Shown here in pieces: positions 12,695 through 22,081 of a DNA stretch of 64,000 nt. Made by a program: the position numbers and the translations under genes. Under the pieces are notes generated by a model. It searched no databases and was not told the origin of the DNA. It worked only from the letters and a program-made list of their open reading frames with translations. Positions within the stretch are counted from its first letter, which is position 1. Each line of letters begins with the position of its first letter. This stretch comes from an uncultured SAR86 cluster bacterium (GTDB lineage: Bacteria; Pseudomonadota; Gammaproteobacteria; Magnimaribacterales; D2472), in contig CACEJU010000002.1 in NCBI GenBank assembly GCA_902559885.1, forward strand, positions 65,055 through 129,054. Reading direction: 5' to 3'.

Positions 12695-13899
12695 TATTTT
12701 GAGACTATAAGACTGGCGTTAGTTCCACCAAAGCCAAACGAGTTACTTAAAATGTTATTTAGAGCTTTATCTGTTGTTTCTGTGTTTATATTAATACCTT
12801 TAGCTTCATCACATAGCTCTTCAATATTTATTGAGGGCGCAATAAAATTATCATTCAGCATCATTATTGAATAGATTGCTTCTTGTGCTCCTGTTGCACC
12901 AAGAGAATGTCCAGTCATAGATTTTGTTGAGCTAATAATAGGAATATCATTTTTAAAAAGATCTTTAATTGCTTTTAATTCTGCAATATCACCAACTGGA
13001 GTACTCGTCCCATGAGTATTTATGTAATCGACTGATTGTCCAGCATCTTTTAATGCACCTTCCATACATCTAAATGCACCTTCACCAGATGGAGCGACCA
13101 TATCATAGCCATCTGAGGTTGCGAAATATCCAGACAATTTTGCAAGAATGTTAGCATTTCGTTTTTTTGCATGCTCTTCATCCTCAAGAATTAGAATGCC
13201 TGATCCTCCAGATATAACAAAACCATCTCTACTTTTGTCATATGGCCTTGATGCTAACTCAGGATTTTCGTTAAAATTTGAAGAAAGTGCGCCCATAGCA
13301 TCAAATAAATTGGAGGAGCTCCAATGAAGGTCCTCACCACCACCAGCAATTATTATGTCTTGCTGGCCTGATTTAATTAATTCTGCTCCGTGTCCGATGC
13401 AATGAGCACTAGTTGCACACGCAGATGAGATAGAATAATTTACTCCTTTAAGCTTAAAAGCTGTTCCTAATATTGCAGATATTGAACTCCCCATTGTTTT
13501 TGTAACAGCATATGGTCCTATTCTCTTAGGGCCTTTTTCCCTAGTTATATCAGAAGTTGATACCATTACCCTTGTAGATGAGCCACCTGATCCAGCTACA
13601 ATACCAGTTCTAGAAGAGTTTAAATTTGATTCTGAAATTCCAGACATCTCTATTGCATCTAATGCTGCTAAGTATGCATATGCTGATGCTTCACCCATAA
13701 ATCTAAATAGCTTTCTATCGATAAGCTCTGAAAAATTTAAATCAACAGAGCCAGAAACTTGACTTCTAAAGCCCATTTCTTTGTATGAGTCATTGAATGC
13801 TATGCCTGATTTACCGTTCTTAAGGCTAGCTAATACCTCTTCATAAGAGTTACCGATACATGATTTAATACCGACACCTGTGATAACTACATTTCTCAT
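12691..13899 (-). CDS. fabB: 3-oxoacyl-ACP synthase I
   Basis: 402 aa, collinear with E. coli FabB as recalled ([37 protein letters not shown]), immediately downstream of fabA. Confidence 0.92.
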   Translation of the reverse strand: MRNVVITGVGIKSCIGNSYEEVLASLKNGKSGIAFNDSYKEMGFRSQVSGSVDLNFSELIDRKLFRFMGEASAYAYLAALDAIEMSGISESNLNSSRTGIVAGSGGSSTRVMVSTSDITREKGPKRIGPYAVTKTMGSSISAILGTAFKLKGVNYSISSACATSAHCIGHGAELIKSGQQDIIIAGGGEDLHWSSSNLFDAMGALSSNFNENPELASRPYDKSRDGFVISGGSGILILEDEEHAKKRNANILAKLSGYFATSDGYDMVAPSGEGAFRCMEGALKDAGQSVDYINTHGTSTPVGDIAELKAIKDLFKNDIPIISSTKSMTGHSLGATGAQEAIYSIMMLNDNFIAPSINIEELCDEAKGININTETTDKALNNILSNSFGFGGTNASLIVSKY

Positions 13900-13902
13900 A
13901 TT

Positions 13903-14424
13903 CTAAAAATTACTTGGATCATCAAACAACCCAACTTTTAAACCGCTAGCAGTATAGACTTGCTTGCCGTCTACATACATTTCACCGTCACCTAGACCAA
14001 CAATAGCTTTTCTATTTATTACTCTTTTCATATGTATTTTATATTCTACTTTGGTTGCCTTAGGAAGAACTTGACCAAAAAATTTAACTTTATCTGATCC
14101 TAGCGCTCTTCCAATCCCAGGCAATCCTGACCATAACAAGTAAAATCCAACCAATTGCCACATTGCATCAAGACCTAGACATCCTGGCATAACCGGATCA
14201 TCTTTAAAATGGCATTTAAAGAACCATAGATCTGGATTTATATCTAAATCAGCATGAATATAGCCATTAGAATAATTGCCACCTGAGTCATTAATTTCTT
14301 TAATACAATCAAACATAAGCATTTCATCGGCTGGCAGCCTTCCATGCTCAGGAGCAAATAGATTACCTTCTGAACAATCTATTAACTCATTTTTAGAGTA
14401 ACTTGATTTTGGTATAAATGTCAT
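13903..14424 (-). CDS. fabA: 3-hydroxydecanoyl-ACP dehydratase/isomerase
   Basis: 173 aa with [26 protein letters not shown], which matches the FabA active-site region. Confidence 0.93.
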   Translation of the reverse strand: MTFIPKSSYSKNELIDCSEGNLFAPEHGRLPADEMLMFDCIKEINDSGGNYSNGYIHADLDINPDLWFFKCHFKDDPVMPGCLGLDAMWQLVGFYLLWSGLPGIGRALGSDKVKFFGQVLPKATKVEYKIHMKRVINRKAIVGLGDGEMYVDGKQVYTASGLKVGLFDDPSNF

Positions 14425-15368
14425 TTTGATCTTACTAGTGCAAAAGAGAGCAATTCTAACATTTCTTTTTCTATTAATTTATTATTAATTAGTTTAATTT
14501 TTCTAATTATCTGGTCATGAAAAGTATTTGCTAGATCTACAGACATTTCTATACCTTTATTTTTAATTATTATTTGCTTAAGTTTTTTTTCATCAATATC
14601 TTGCTTTCCTAAAAAAGATGACAATGATTTTTTATCTGGTCCGCTAGAATTTTTGTATGCAAATAAAAGAGGGTATGTTATTTTTCCTTCTCTAATATCT
14701 TGAAAGATTGGCTTATTAAAGTTTTTAGAGATATTGTGTCCATAATCCAATAAATCATCTCTTATTTGAAAGAGAGTTCCAATATCTCTAGATGATTCAG
14801 AAATTAATTTTATATACTTAATATTATCGGTACATAGCATTGCACCACACTTTGCTGATGCTTCAAACAATCTTCCAGTTTTTAGGTAGCTTATTCTTAG
14901 TAATTCTTTTAAATCAAGTTGTAAATTATTTATAGCATTTAATTGGACAAGCTCTCCTTTAGAAATATCATTAGTGGCATTAGCTAACTCATCTAATATT
15001 CTAAAGTCTTCCAATTGAGTCATTAATTTAAACGCCTTAGAGTAGATATAATCTCCAATTAAAACACTGTGCGAGTTTGACCACAAATCATTTACAGATC
15101 GCTTTCCTCTTCTAACTTTTGAATTATCAACAACATCATCATGAACTAAAGTAGCGGTATGTAGGAGCTCTATAACAGCAGCAAGCGTAATTCTTTTTTT
15201 ATATTTTCGTTTGTCAATTGATGAGCTGATTAGAGACAGTCTTGGTCTAATTTTTTTGCCTGTTGTTTTAAAAATATAAGAATATAGATCTAAAATGATT
15301 TTCTCTCCTGAGATTTCTTTTTTTATTAATTCTTCTACTTTTATTAAGTCTGATTCTAATGTATTAAT
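14421..15368 (-). CDS. ispB: Octaprenyl (all-trans polyprenyl) diphosphate synthase; 5' end assigned to a non-canonical ATT codon
   Basis: The tracked ORF (14421-15086, TTG) lacks the N-terminal third. The same frame stays open to 15380 and encodes ...[10 protein letters not shown]...[21 protein letters not shown] (first DDxxD motif). The second motif, FQIRDDLLD, lies in the tracked part. No ATG, GTG or TTG occurs in the 98 upstream codons. Confidence 0.8.
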   Translation of the reverse strand: MNTLESDLIKVEELIKKEISGEKIILDLYSYIFKTTGKKIRPRLSLISSSIDKRKYKKRITLAAVIELLHTATLVHDDVVDNSKVRRGKRSVNDLWSNSHSVLIGDYIYSKAFKLMTQLEDFRILDELANATNDISKGELVQLNAINNLQLDLKELLRISYLKTGRLFEASAKCGAMLCTDNIKYIKLISESSRDIGTLFQIRDDLLDYGHNISKNFNKPIFQDIREGKITYPLLFAYKNSSGPDKKSLSSFLGKQDIDEKKLKQIIIKNKGIEMSVDLANTFHDQIIRKIKLINNKLIEKEMLELLSFALVRSK

Positions 15369-15414
15369 TTTTTTATAACCTTATAAATATTTAAAGCAAA
15401 ATTATACATAACTA

Positions 15415-15443
15415 TTGATAAATTCCTCATTAAAGCGTATATT
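15415..15443 (+). promoter_or_regulatory. Candidate sigma70 promoter of rplU-rpmA-obg
   Basis: TTGATA (15415-15420), a 17-nt spacer, then TATATT (15438-15443). The AGGAA RBS is at 15455 and the ATG at 15467. Confidence 0.45.
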
Positions 15444-15466
15444 TTGCCACCTTTAGGAATATTATT

Positions 15467-15781
15467 ATGTACGCAGTTATAGAATCAGGTGGTAAACAGC
15501 ATAAAGTAGAAAAAGGTATGAAACTTTCAGTTGATCTTTTAAAAGAAGATGAAGGAAGTAAGATTACTTTTGATAATGTTTTATTGTTTGTAGATGGCGA
15601 AAATGTTGAGGTTGGGCAACCATATCTCTCAAATGTCACAGTTACTGCTGAGATTTTAGAAACAGTTAAAGATAAAAAACTTTCAATTCTAAGATTTAGA
15701 AGAAGGAAGCATAGTATGAGAAAGATTGGTCATAGATCAAGATATTCTCTAATTGAAGTGAAAGACATCAAGGTAGGTTAG
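15467..15781 (+). CDS. rplU: 50S ribosomal protein L21
   Basis: 104 aa, [17 protein letters not shown]..., divergent from ispB as in E. coli. Confidence 0.95.
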   Translation: MYAVIESGGKQHKVEKGMKLSVDLLKEDEGSKITFDNVLLFVDGENVEVGQPYLSNVTVTAEILETVKDKKLSILRFRRRKHSMRKIGHRSRYSLIEVKDIKVG

Positions 15782-15782
15782 T

Positions 15783-16040
15783 ATGGCTCATAAGAAAGCA
15801 GGCGGATCAAGTAAAAACGGTCGAGATTCCAACTCCAAGAGACTTGGAGTTAAAAGGTTTGGCGGCCAAGCTGTAAAAGCAGGTGAAATTCTTATTCGAC
15901 AAAGGGGTACAAATACTCATCCTGGACTTAATGTAGGTATTGGCAAGGATGATACATTGTTTGCTAAAGCTGCTGGCATAGTTCAATTCACTTATAAAGG
16001 TCCAAAAAAAAGAAAGACAGCAAACGTCATTCCGCAGTAA
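15783..16040 (+). CDS. rpmA: 50S ribosomal protein L27
   Basis: 85 aa, [29 protein letters not shown].... Confidence 0.95.
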   Translation: MAHKKAGGSSKNGRDSNSKRLGVKRFGGQAVKAGEILIRQRGTNTHPGLNVGIGKDDTLFAKAAGIVQFTYKGPKKRKTANVIPQ

Positions 16041-16048
16041 ATTAAATC

Positions 16049-17053
16049 ATGAATTTTATCGATGAGGCCTTTCTCGTTGTTAGGGCGGGAAACGGTGGCT
16101 CTGGTGCGTCTAGTTTTAGAAGAGAAAAATATATTCCCTTTGGTGGCCCTGATGGTGGAGATGGAGGAAAAGGCGGCGATATAATTTTTAAAGTTAATAC
16201 AAATACAAATACATTAATTGATTTCAAAAATAAAAAAGTTATTGAGGCTAGCAATGGCACAAGAGGCTCTGGTAAAAATAAAACAGGAGCAGCTGGTAAA
16301 GATTTAATCTTATATGTTCCAAAAGGAACTGTAATTTATGATGATATTTCAGGTCAGGAATTATTAGATTGTTGTGATGAAAATGAATATTACACTATTG
16401 CCAAGGGTGGAGAAGGTGGCCTTGGTAATGCAAGATTTAAAACAAGTACCAATCAAGCACCAAGGAAGTTTACCAGTGGTCAAGAAGGGGAAATTAGAGA
16501 AATTAGGCTTGAATTGAAATCCCTAGCGGATGTAGGTTTGGTTGGTTATCCAAATGCTGGTAAATCTACATTTCTTAATACAGTTTCATCTGCAAAACCT
16601 AAGATAGGTAGCTACCCATTTACCACGCTTAGGCCTCACCTAGGAACAATTAGGGGGGTTGAGTCAAGCTATGTAATAGCAGATATACCTGGAATAATCG
16701 ATGGTGCCTCTGAGGGCGCAGGATTAGGTATTAACTTTTTAAAACATATTTCTAGGACAGGAATTCTTTTAATATTTATAGATCTTTCAGTATTTAATGA
16801 AAACTCAGCAACCAGCCAAATAAAATCCTTAAAAAATGAACTAAAACAATATAAAGAAGACCTGACAAAAAAAACAATATGGCTTGTATGTAATAAAATA
16901 GATTTATTTGAAGAAACTGAGCTTTTAAGGTTTAAAGACGAGATTAAAAATTCCTTTGACTCTCATGATCTATTTATGATTTCAGCTGCAACAGGTGAAG
17001 GCACTGAGTTCTTGTTAAAAAAACTTGAGACAGAAATTTTTAGGGTTAACTAA
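16049..17053 (+). CDS. obg: GTPase Obg/CgtA
   Basis: 334 aa with a Gly-rich Obg fold (GNGGSGASSFRREKYIPFGGPDGGDGGKGG) and a G domain (GYPNAGKST, NKID). The extended C-terminal tail of E. coli ObgE is absent. Confidence 0.93.
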   Translation: MNFIDEAFLVVRAGNGGSGASSFRREKYIPFGGPDGGDGGKGGDIIFKVNTNTNTLIDFKNKKVIEASNGTRGSGKNKTGAAGKDLILYVPKGTVIYDDISGQELLDCCDENEYYTIAKGGEGGLGNARFKTSTNQAPRKFTSGQEGEIREIRLELKSLADVGLVGYPNAGKSTFLNTVSSAKPKIGSYPFTTLRPHLGTIRGVESSYVIADIPGIIDGASEGAGLGINFLKHISRTGILLIFIDLSVFNENSATSQIKSLKNELKQYKEDLTKKTIWLVCNKIDLFEETELLRFKDEIKNSFDSHDLFMISAATGEGTEFLLKKLETEIFRVN

Positions 17054-17309
17054 TTTTTTTGATAGCTTGTACTAATCTACTTTTATATCTTGCTGCTGTA
17101 TTTTTATGAATTACATTTTTATTTGCATGCGTGTCAATAACCTTTTCAGCATTTTTGAAGGCGACCAAGGCTTCTTCTGAATTATTAGCATCAATACTTG
17201 ACCTTACTGCTTTGATAGCAGTTCTAATTTTTGATCTTTGAGCATGTTTCAACTTATATCTTGTGATATTTTGTTTTGCTCTTTTTGTTGCTTGTTTTGA
17301 ATTAGCCAT
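17046..17309 (-). CDS. rpsT: 30S ribosomal protein S20
   Basis: 87 aa, MANSKQATKRAKQNITRYKLKHAQRS.... Confidence 0.93.
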   Translation of the reverse strand: MANSKQATKRAKQNITRYKLKHAQRSKIRTAIKAVRSSIDANNSEEALVAFKNAEKVIDTHANKNVIHKNTAARYKSRLVQAIKKIS

Positions 17310-17329
17310 AATAATTTTCCGTGTGGCGC

Positions 17330-17358
17330 ATTTTAATAAGCTATTAACTTATTGTCCA
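17330..17358 (-). promoter_or_regulatory. Candidate sigma70 promoter of rpsT
   Basis: On the minus strand: TGGACA (17358-17353), a 17-nt spacer, then TAAAAT (17335-17330), about 20 nt upstream of the rpsT ATG. Confidence 0.4.
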
Positions 17359-17369
17359 CAAATAATAGA

Positions 17370-17855
17370 TTATTTTTTATTTAATAATTTGATAGCGTAT
17401 TTAATACAATCACTTGAAGGATTCCAGAACCATCCTCCGGGATCCCACGCTCTGCCATGAGTTAAAAATAAACATTGAGCATATGCAGTCTCAGCTTCTT
17501 TGATTTTTCCTAGCTCATGTAGTGATCTTGCTTTTGCCCATAAAGCCATAGAAACATCATTTAATATATAGTTATCTTGAATTCTTTTTTTATCTTTTCT
17601 ATCTACTCTTCCAATGGGAGGCTCTTTTTTATCTGTTTTATTAAAAAGTTTCTGAATTTCGACTGCATTTGGTACATACAACTCATAGCATTCATCAACA
17701 ACAGCAACCGATTTTTCATAATCTTTTGCAGCATATGACTCTATAGCTTGCACAGCCCAATAAGCTGAGTCTCCAAGCTTTGGATCGGGTGAAAAGCATG
17801 CTTCTAAAAAATTAATATTCAGTAATGCAATTATTGTAAAAATTGTCTTTTTCAT
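17370..17855 (-). CDS. Hypothetical secreted protein or lipoprotein with helical-repeat (TPR-like) character
   Basis: 161 aa. N-terminal signal peptide MKKTIFTIIALLNINFLEAC has a lipobox-like LEAC. The rest is Ala/Tyr/Lys-rich helical sequence ending WDPGGWFWNPSSDC.... I recognise no family. Confidence 0.55.
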   Translation of the reverse strand: MKKTIFTIIALLNINFLEACFSPDPKLGDSAYWAVQAIESYAAKDYEKSVAVVDECYELYVPNAVEIQKLFNKTDKKEPPIGRVDRKDKKRIQDNYILNDVSMALWAKARSLHELGKIKEAETAYAQCLFLTHGRAWDPGGWFWNPSSDCIKYAIKLLNKK

Positions 17856-17895
17856 AAACGTGTTTAATTATGTACGAAGTTTAAATACCTTTCAA

Positions 17896-18241
17896 TGGTG
17901 GAGGCGGCGGGAATTGAACCCGCGTCCAAATGTCCTTCGGCCTAACTTCTACATGCTTAGCTCATTCTATTATTTTTAACATTTATCACCCGAAGAGCAG
18001 GGCATAAATGCGATCTTGATTAATTTTAACCAAGTTACAACCAAGCAATGTAACTTGGCTAGACTATGTTATTTGCCGATGCTTCAAACCATAGTCAATT
18101 CTTGCATCGGTTAGCTTAAGCAGCTAAAGCGTAGTTGTCGTTTTCTGCAACTAAATTTTTTGTAGTATGTTTTACAAGAATTACTACAATCTTGGCATGC
18201 GCTTTGGAGTCCAGTACAAATGTCGAACCCTGTTCGCCCCC
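17896..18241 (-). ncRNA. ssrA: tmRNA (SsrA)
   Basis: The minus strand reads 5' GGGGGCGAACAGGGTTCGAC...GGACGCGGGTTCAATTCCCGCCGCCTCCACCA 3'. The acceptor stem GGGGGCG/CGCCTCC has a G3:U pair. The tag frame GCA GAA AAC GAC AAC TAC GCT TTA GCT GCT TAA (18148-18116) encodes AENDNYALAA. It lies directly downstream of smpB. Confidence 0.95.
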
Positions 18242-18253
18242 ATGGGGTGCGTG

Positions 18254-18282
18254 ATTATACCTCAATATCTTATTTATTCGAA
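18254..18282 (-). promoter_or_regulatory. Candidate ssrA promoter
   Basis: On the minus strand there is a perfect TATAAT (18259-18254) 12 nt upstream of the mature tmRNA 5' end, implying a short RNase P-processed leader. A weak -35, TTCGAA (18282-18277), sits inside the smpB 3' end. Confidence 0.45.
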
Positions 18283-18734
18283 TTTTTAAAAATTCTGTCT
18301 TGATTTCTCTGCCAATCTCTCTTTTTAATATCTTCTCTTTGATCCCGCAATTTCTTACCTTTACCTATTGCAATATCAACCTTTACTTTATTATTTACCC
18401 ATAAAAACTGAGTTGAAATACATGTCAGATTTTTTTGCTGTATATTTTTTTGAATCTCGATAATTTCTTTTTTATTTAGCAGTAATTTTCTTGATCGAAG
18501 AGGGTCAGTTGATTCATTTTTTAAAGATGGTGGAGGATCAATTTTTACACCTATTATAAAAGCTTCATTTTTTCTGATGGTGACATAAGAATCTTTAATA
18601 TCAATTTTTGATTCCCTTAACGACTTTACCTCCCATCCAAGTAATGAAATGCCTGCTTGAAAGGTCTTACTAAAAGAGTAATTCCTTTTTGCATTTTTAT
18701 TAATCGTTATAATTTTTTGATTTTTTGCTGACAT
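18270..18734 (-). CDS. smpB: SsrA-binding protein SmpB
   Basis: 154 aa, ...NKNAKRNYSFSKTFQAGISLLGWEVKSLR..., with a basic C-terminal tail, immediately upstream of ssrA. Confidence 0.93.
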   Translation of the reverse strand: MSAKNQKIITINKNAKRNYSFSKTFQAGISLLGWEVKSLRESKIDIKDSYVTIRKNEAFIIGVKIDPPPSLKNESTDPLRSRKLLLNKKEIIEIQKNIQQKNLTCISTQFLWVNNKVKVDIAIGKGKKLRDQREDIKKRDWQRNQDRIFKNSNK

Positions 18735-18787
18735 ATGTAATTATTATGATCTTAAATAATAGTATAAGAAAACACTAGATTAATAAA

Positions 18788-19234
18788 TTGAATTCAACAC
18801 AATTAAAAATAACTTTAAGTTATATAGGATTTATACCATTTGTATTTTTTGGATTAATGCCATGGATTTATGAAAAATATGATCATATTTTTTTATCACT
18901 TCATATATTTTATGGGAGCATAGTATTATCTTTCCTTGCTGGGTTTTTTTGGAATAAAGATTTTGATCAAGAGAGAGAAATAAGAAATATTTTTATTGGA
19001 ATAGCTTTTAGTGTGTTAGCTATTCTTATAGCTTATGTAACCTATTTTAACTTTTTACTGGCTGCATCAATATTCTCAATGATAGTTTTTTATTTGATAT
19101 ATATTTTCGAAAAAAATACTATTTTTTATGAAGACCAAGATGAAGAATTTCAAGAATTGAGAAAAACATTAACATTATTAGTATGTATATCTTTTTTGAT
19201 ATCATCTGCATATTCTATTAATCCATATAATTAA
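18788..19234 (+). CDS. Hypothetical multi-pass membrane protein
   Basis: 148 aa from a TTG start with 4-5 hydrophobic segments. No recognisable motif, and the start codon is uncertain. Confidence 0.5.
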   Translation: MNSTQLKITLSYIGFIPFVFFGLMPWIYEKYDHIFLSLHIFYGSIVLSFLAGFFWNKDFDQEREIRNIFIGIAFSVLAILIAYVTYFNFLLAASIFSMIVFYLIYIFEKNTIFYEDQDEEFQELRKTLTLLVCISFLISSAYSINPYN

Positions 19235-19244
19235 AAATTAAATC

Positions 19245-20585
19245 ATGAAAATTAAAGAATCACTTAAAACTCACGGTCAGTGGGTAGGCAAATGGACATT
19301 CATACTGGCTGCAACAGGTTCAGCAGTTGGTCTTGGAAATATATGGGGTTTTCCTTACAAAGCTGGAACCAATGGGGGAGGCGCCTTTGTATTGATTTAT
19401 TTGGCTTGTATATTAATAGTTGGCTTACCTATCATGATGAGTGAGATCTTTTTAGGTCGAAGGTCTGGTACTAGCCCAGTTAATGCCTTAAGAATTGCGG
19501 CCCATGATACTAATTCATCACAATCATGGAGATTTGTAGGATGGAGTGGTTTAGCTGCGGGAATTTTTATCTTATCTTTTTACAGTGTAATTGCTGGAAT
19601 ATGCATTAATTATATATTTATTGCTGCTCAGTCATCTGAGATAGTAAATTCTGCAGAAAAATTTAATGAGGTTACAAGCTCTCCATACAACTTATTATTT
19701 TGGCATTCATTATTTATATTTCTAACAGCTTTCATAGTATCCCTTGGTATTAAATCTGGGATCGAAAGAATGGTTAAAATTTTAATGCCAATGCTTGGGT
19801 TTTTATTGATTTTTATGGTGATAAGCTCGGCTATAAATGGAGACTTTAACAAGGCTATCGAATTTTTATTTGCTCCTGATTTTGATCAGGTAAATTCACA
19901 AACTTTTTTAAGCGCTATGGGTCAAGCCTTCTTTAGCTTAAGTCTTGGGATGGGCTCAATTATGGCGTATGGAGCATATATGCCAAAAGATGAAAATATT
20001 GTTTCTACATCCTTTAGTGTTGGATCTCTTGATACCTTGGTTGCCATACTTGCAGGATTAGCTATTTTCCCAATTATTTTTGCCTTTAACATGGAGCCAA
20101 ATAGCGGGCCTGGCTTAGTATTTATTTCAATACTTACAGCTTTTAATCAAATGGAGTTTGGAAATTTTCTGGGACCGATATTTTTTATATTACTAACAAT
20201 TGCTGCTTTAAGTTCCTCAATTTCATTGTTAGAACCTAGCGTTGCATATTTTGCTGAAAAACAAATCTTATCAAGGAAATCATCAGCAATAGCTATCTCG
20301 CTATTCGCCTGGACTCTTGGTATAGGATCTGCTTTAAGCTTCAACCTGCTAAGTGATTTTTATATTTATGATAGAAATTTCTTAGACTTTATGGATTTCA
20401 TTGCAAACCAGATTCTCCTGCCACTTGGAGGTATGCTAATAGCAATTTTCGTAGGCTGGTTCATACCAGATAATTTAATTAAAGAAGAAACAGGAGACTT
20501 TGCTCTATTTAAGCTATGGAAATTTTTTATTAAATTTGTTGCACCTACAGCAGTATTTATTATCTTTGTTTCCCAGTTTATTTAA
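19245..20585 (+). CDS. Sodium-dependent transporter, neurotransmitter:sodium symporter (SNF/NSS) family
   Basis: 446 aa with the N-terminal NSS signature WTFILAATGSAVGLGNIWGFPY and about 11-12 TM segments. Confidence 0.88.
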   Translation: MKIKESLKTHGQWVGKWTFILAATGSAVGLGNIWGFPYKAGTNGGGAFVLIYLACILIVGLPIMMSEIFLGRRSGTSPVNALRIAAHDTNSSQSWRFVGWSGLAAGIFILSFYSVIAGICINYIFIAAQSSEIVNSAEKFNEVTSSPYNLLFWHSLFIFLTAFIVSLGIKSGIERMVKILMPMLGFLLIFMVISSAINGDFNKAIEFLFAPDFDQVNSQTFLSAMGQAFFSLSLGMGSIMAYGAYMPKDENIVSTSFSVGSLDTLVAILAGLAIFPIIFAFNMEPNSGPGLVFISILTAFNQMEFGNFLGPIFFILLTIAALSSSISLLEPSVAYFAEKQILSRKSSAIAISLFAWTLGIGSALSFNLLSDFYIYDRNFLDFMDFIANQILLPLGGMLIAIFVGWFIPDNLIKEETGDFALFKLWKFFIKFVAPTAVFIIFVSQFI

Positions 20586-20588
20586 TCA

Positions 20589-21008
20589 ATGTCTCGTTCA
20601 ATCTCTTTTTCAAAAAAAGTCAACTTAGATTCAATAAAAATAAATAATCTCATATGCGACTTTTCAAATTATAAAAATTTTATTCCTGGTTGCACCAATT
20701 CCATTTCCTTAGAAAAAACAAGCTCATGGGAGTTAGGACAGTTAGAGTTTAATTTGCTTGGCAAAACTAGCTATATAAAAACAAAAAATACCTATGAAGA
20801 AAATCATATTCTCATGAATCAAGTTGAAGGACCGTTTGATGATTTTAAAGGTGAGTGGATTATTGAGAATTTAGGCAAAGAATTTAGCAATGTTATCTTT
20901 AAGGCAAATTTCAAACTTCCTTTTTTAATAGACGCTGTAACTCCAAATACATTAATTGAAAGCATGTCAGAACAAATTATCAACTCTTTTATTAAGCAAG
21001 CAAGATGA
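20589..21008 (+). CDS. ratA: SRPBCC/START-fold protein, RatA (YfjG)/Coq10-like
   Basis: 139 aa with YKNFIPGCTNS and VEGPFDDFKGEW, which parallel E. coli RatA as recalled. It is followed by rnfH, as in E. coli. Confidence 0.82.
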   Translation: MSRSISFSKKVNLDSIKINNLICDFSNYKNFIPGCTNSISLEKTSSWELGQLEFNLLGKTSYIKTKNTYEENHILMNQVEGPFDDFKGEWIIENLGKEFSNVIFKANFKLPFLIDAVTPNTLIESMSEQIINSFIKQAR

Positions 21009-21286
21009 AAATATTTTTTACATATCAAGGCAAAGATAAAAATAAATTTTTTTTAGAATTTGAAGTAGCACATGGAACTAATGTAGGAGAGGTTTTGCTA
21101 AAAAAAGAATGTAAAGAAATAATATCTAAAATTAATCATAGCTTTAAAATTGGAGTTGATGGAGAAATATTGGATGGTAAATTCAATCCAAAACCAGAAC
21201 AATATAGGTTAAAAGAAGGTGAGCGAATAGAGATTTACAGAGACCTTACTCAAGATCCAAAAGATAGAAGAATAAACAAGCTATAA
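21005..21286 (+). CDS. RnfH family (UPF0125, YfjF/RatB-like) protein
   Basis: 93 aa with a C-terminal GERIEIYRDLTQDPKD that resembles the conserved GDRVEIYRPL..DPK motif. Overlaps ratA by 4 nt. Confidence 0.82.
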   Translation: MKIFFTYQGKDKNKFFLEFEVAHGTNVGEVLLKKECKEIISKINHSFKIGVDGEILDGKFNPKPEQYRLKEGERIEIYRDLTQDPKDRRINKL

Positions 21287-21290
21287 GTTA

Positions 21291-21620
21291 TTAATTGTTT
21301 AGTTTCTCCGTTGACCACATCTCTAATTTATTATCCTCATTAAATAAGATAATTAATTTTTCTTCAGAAACTAAATTTTCTCCTACCTGAACAGAATTAT
21401 AATAATCCCATCTTTTGGCATGAAATGGATCATTGATTAATGGTGTGCCTAATACAAACTTAACCTGATCTTTTGTCATACCTTGTTGAAGCTTTTCCAA
21501 ATCTTCAGCTGTATATATGTTTCCTTGCAATATAGGAACTTTATAAGGTTGAAAGAATTCACAAGATGACAAAGACAGAACAGCCATTAATGAAATAAAT
21601 TTTATTTGAAATTGTTTCAT
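21291..21620 (-). CDS. bamE: Outer membrane protein assembly factor BamE (SmpA/OmlA)
   Basis: 109 aa with the lipobox LSLSSC, then PILQGN...LEKLQQGMTKDQVKFVLGTPL, in the conserved neighbourhood. Confidence 0.88.
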   Translation of the reverse strand: MKQFQIKFISLMAVLSLSSCEFFQPYKVPILQGNIYTAEDLEKLQQGMTKDQVKFVLGTPLINDPFHAKRWDYYNSVQVGENLVSEEKLIILFNEDNKLEMWSTEKLNN

Positions 21621-21673
21621 AGAGGATATAGATTATACTTTGTATAAATATAAATTAATATTTAAAAATAAAA

Positions 21674-22075
21674 ATGTCGCAACAAAATACTGAACTTAAA
21701 AAAGCTGGATTAAAAGCAACACTTCCTAGAATTAAAATTCTTGAAGTTTTAGAAAATAATGGTCATCTAAGCGCTGAAGATATTTATAAAGAGCTTATCA
21801 AACTTGATCAAGATATAGGTCTAGCAACAGTTTATAGAGTTCTTACTCAGTTTGAAGCTGCTGGAATAGTTATTAAGCATAATTTTGAAGAAGGCAGAGC
21901 TGTATATGAAATAGTACCCGACGAACATCATGATCATATGGTATGCATTGATTCTGGTGAAATCTTTGAATTTCATGATGATGTAATTGAGAAAAGGCAG
22001 GCTGAAATTGCATCCAAGCATGGATTCGAGATCGTAGATCACAGCATGGTTTTATACGTAAAGAAATTAAAATAA
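21674..22075 (+). CDS. fur: Ferric uptake regulator
   Basis: 133 aa with KKAGLKATLPRIKILEVLE, ATVYRVLTQFE and the metal-site motif HHDHMVC. Confidence 0.93.
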   Translation: MSQQNTELKKAGLKATLPRIKILEVLENNGHLSAEDIYKELIKLDQDIGLATVYRVLTQFEAAGIVIKHNFEEGRAVYEIVPDEHHDHMVCIDSGEIFEFHDDVIEKRQAEIASKHGFEIVDHSMVLYVKKLK

Positions 22076-22081
22076 ATCTTT

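Noticed and set aside
17856-17895. Genomic island or prophage remnant integrated at the tmRNA 3' end.
   Set aside because: There is no integrase, no duplicated copy of the ssrA 3' segment and no compositional shift. Only one small gene follows before rpsT.
21621-21673. Possible Fur box upstream of fur (TATAAATATAAATTAATATT).
   Set aside because: It only loosely resembles the GATAATGATAATCATTATC consensus and is indistinguishable from background in a spacer that is almost pure A/T.
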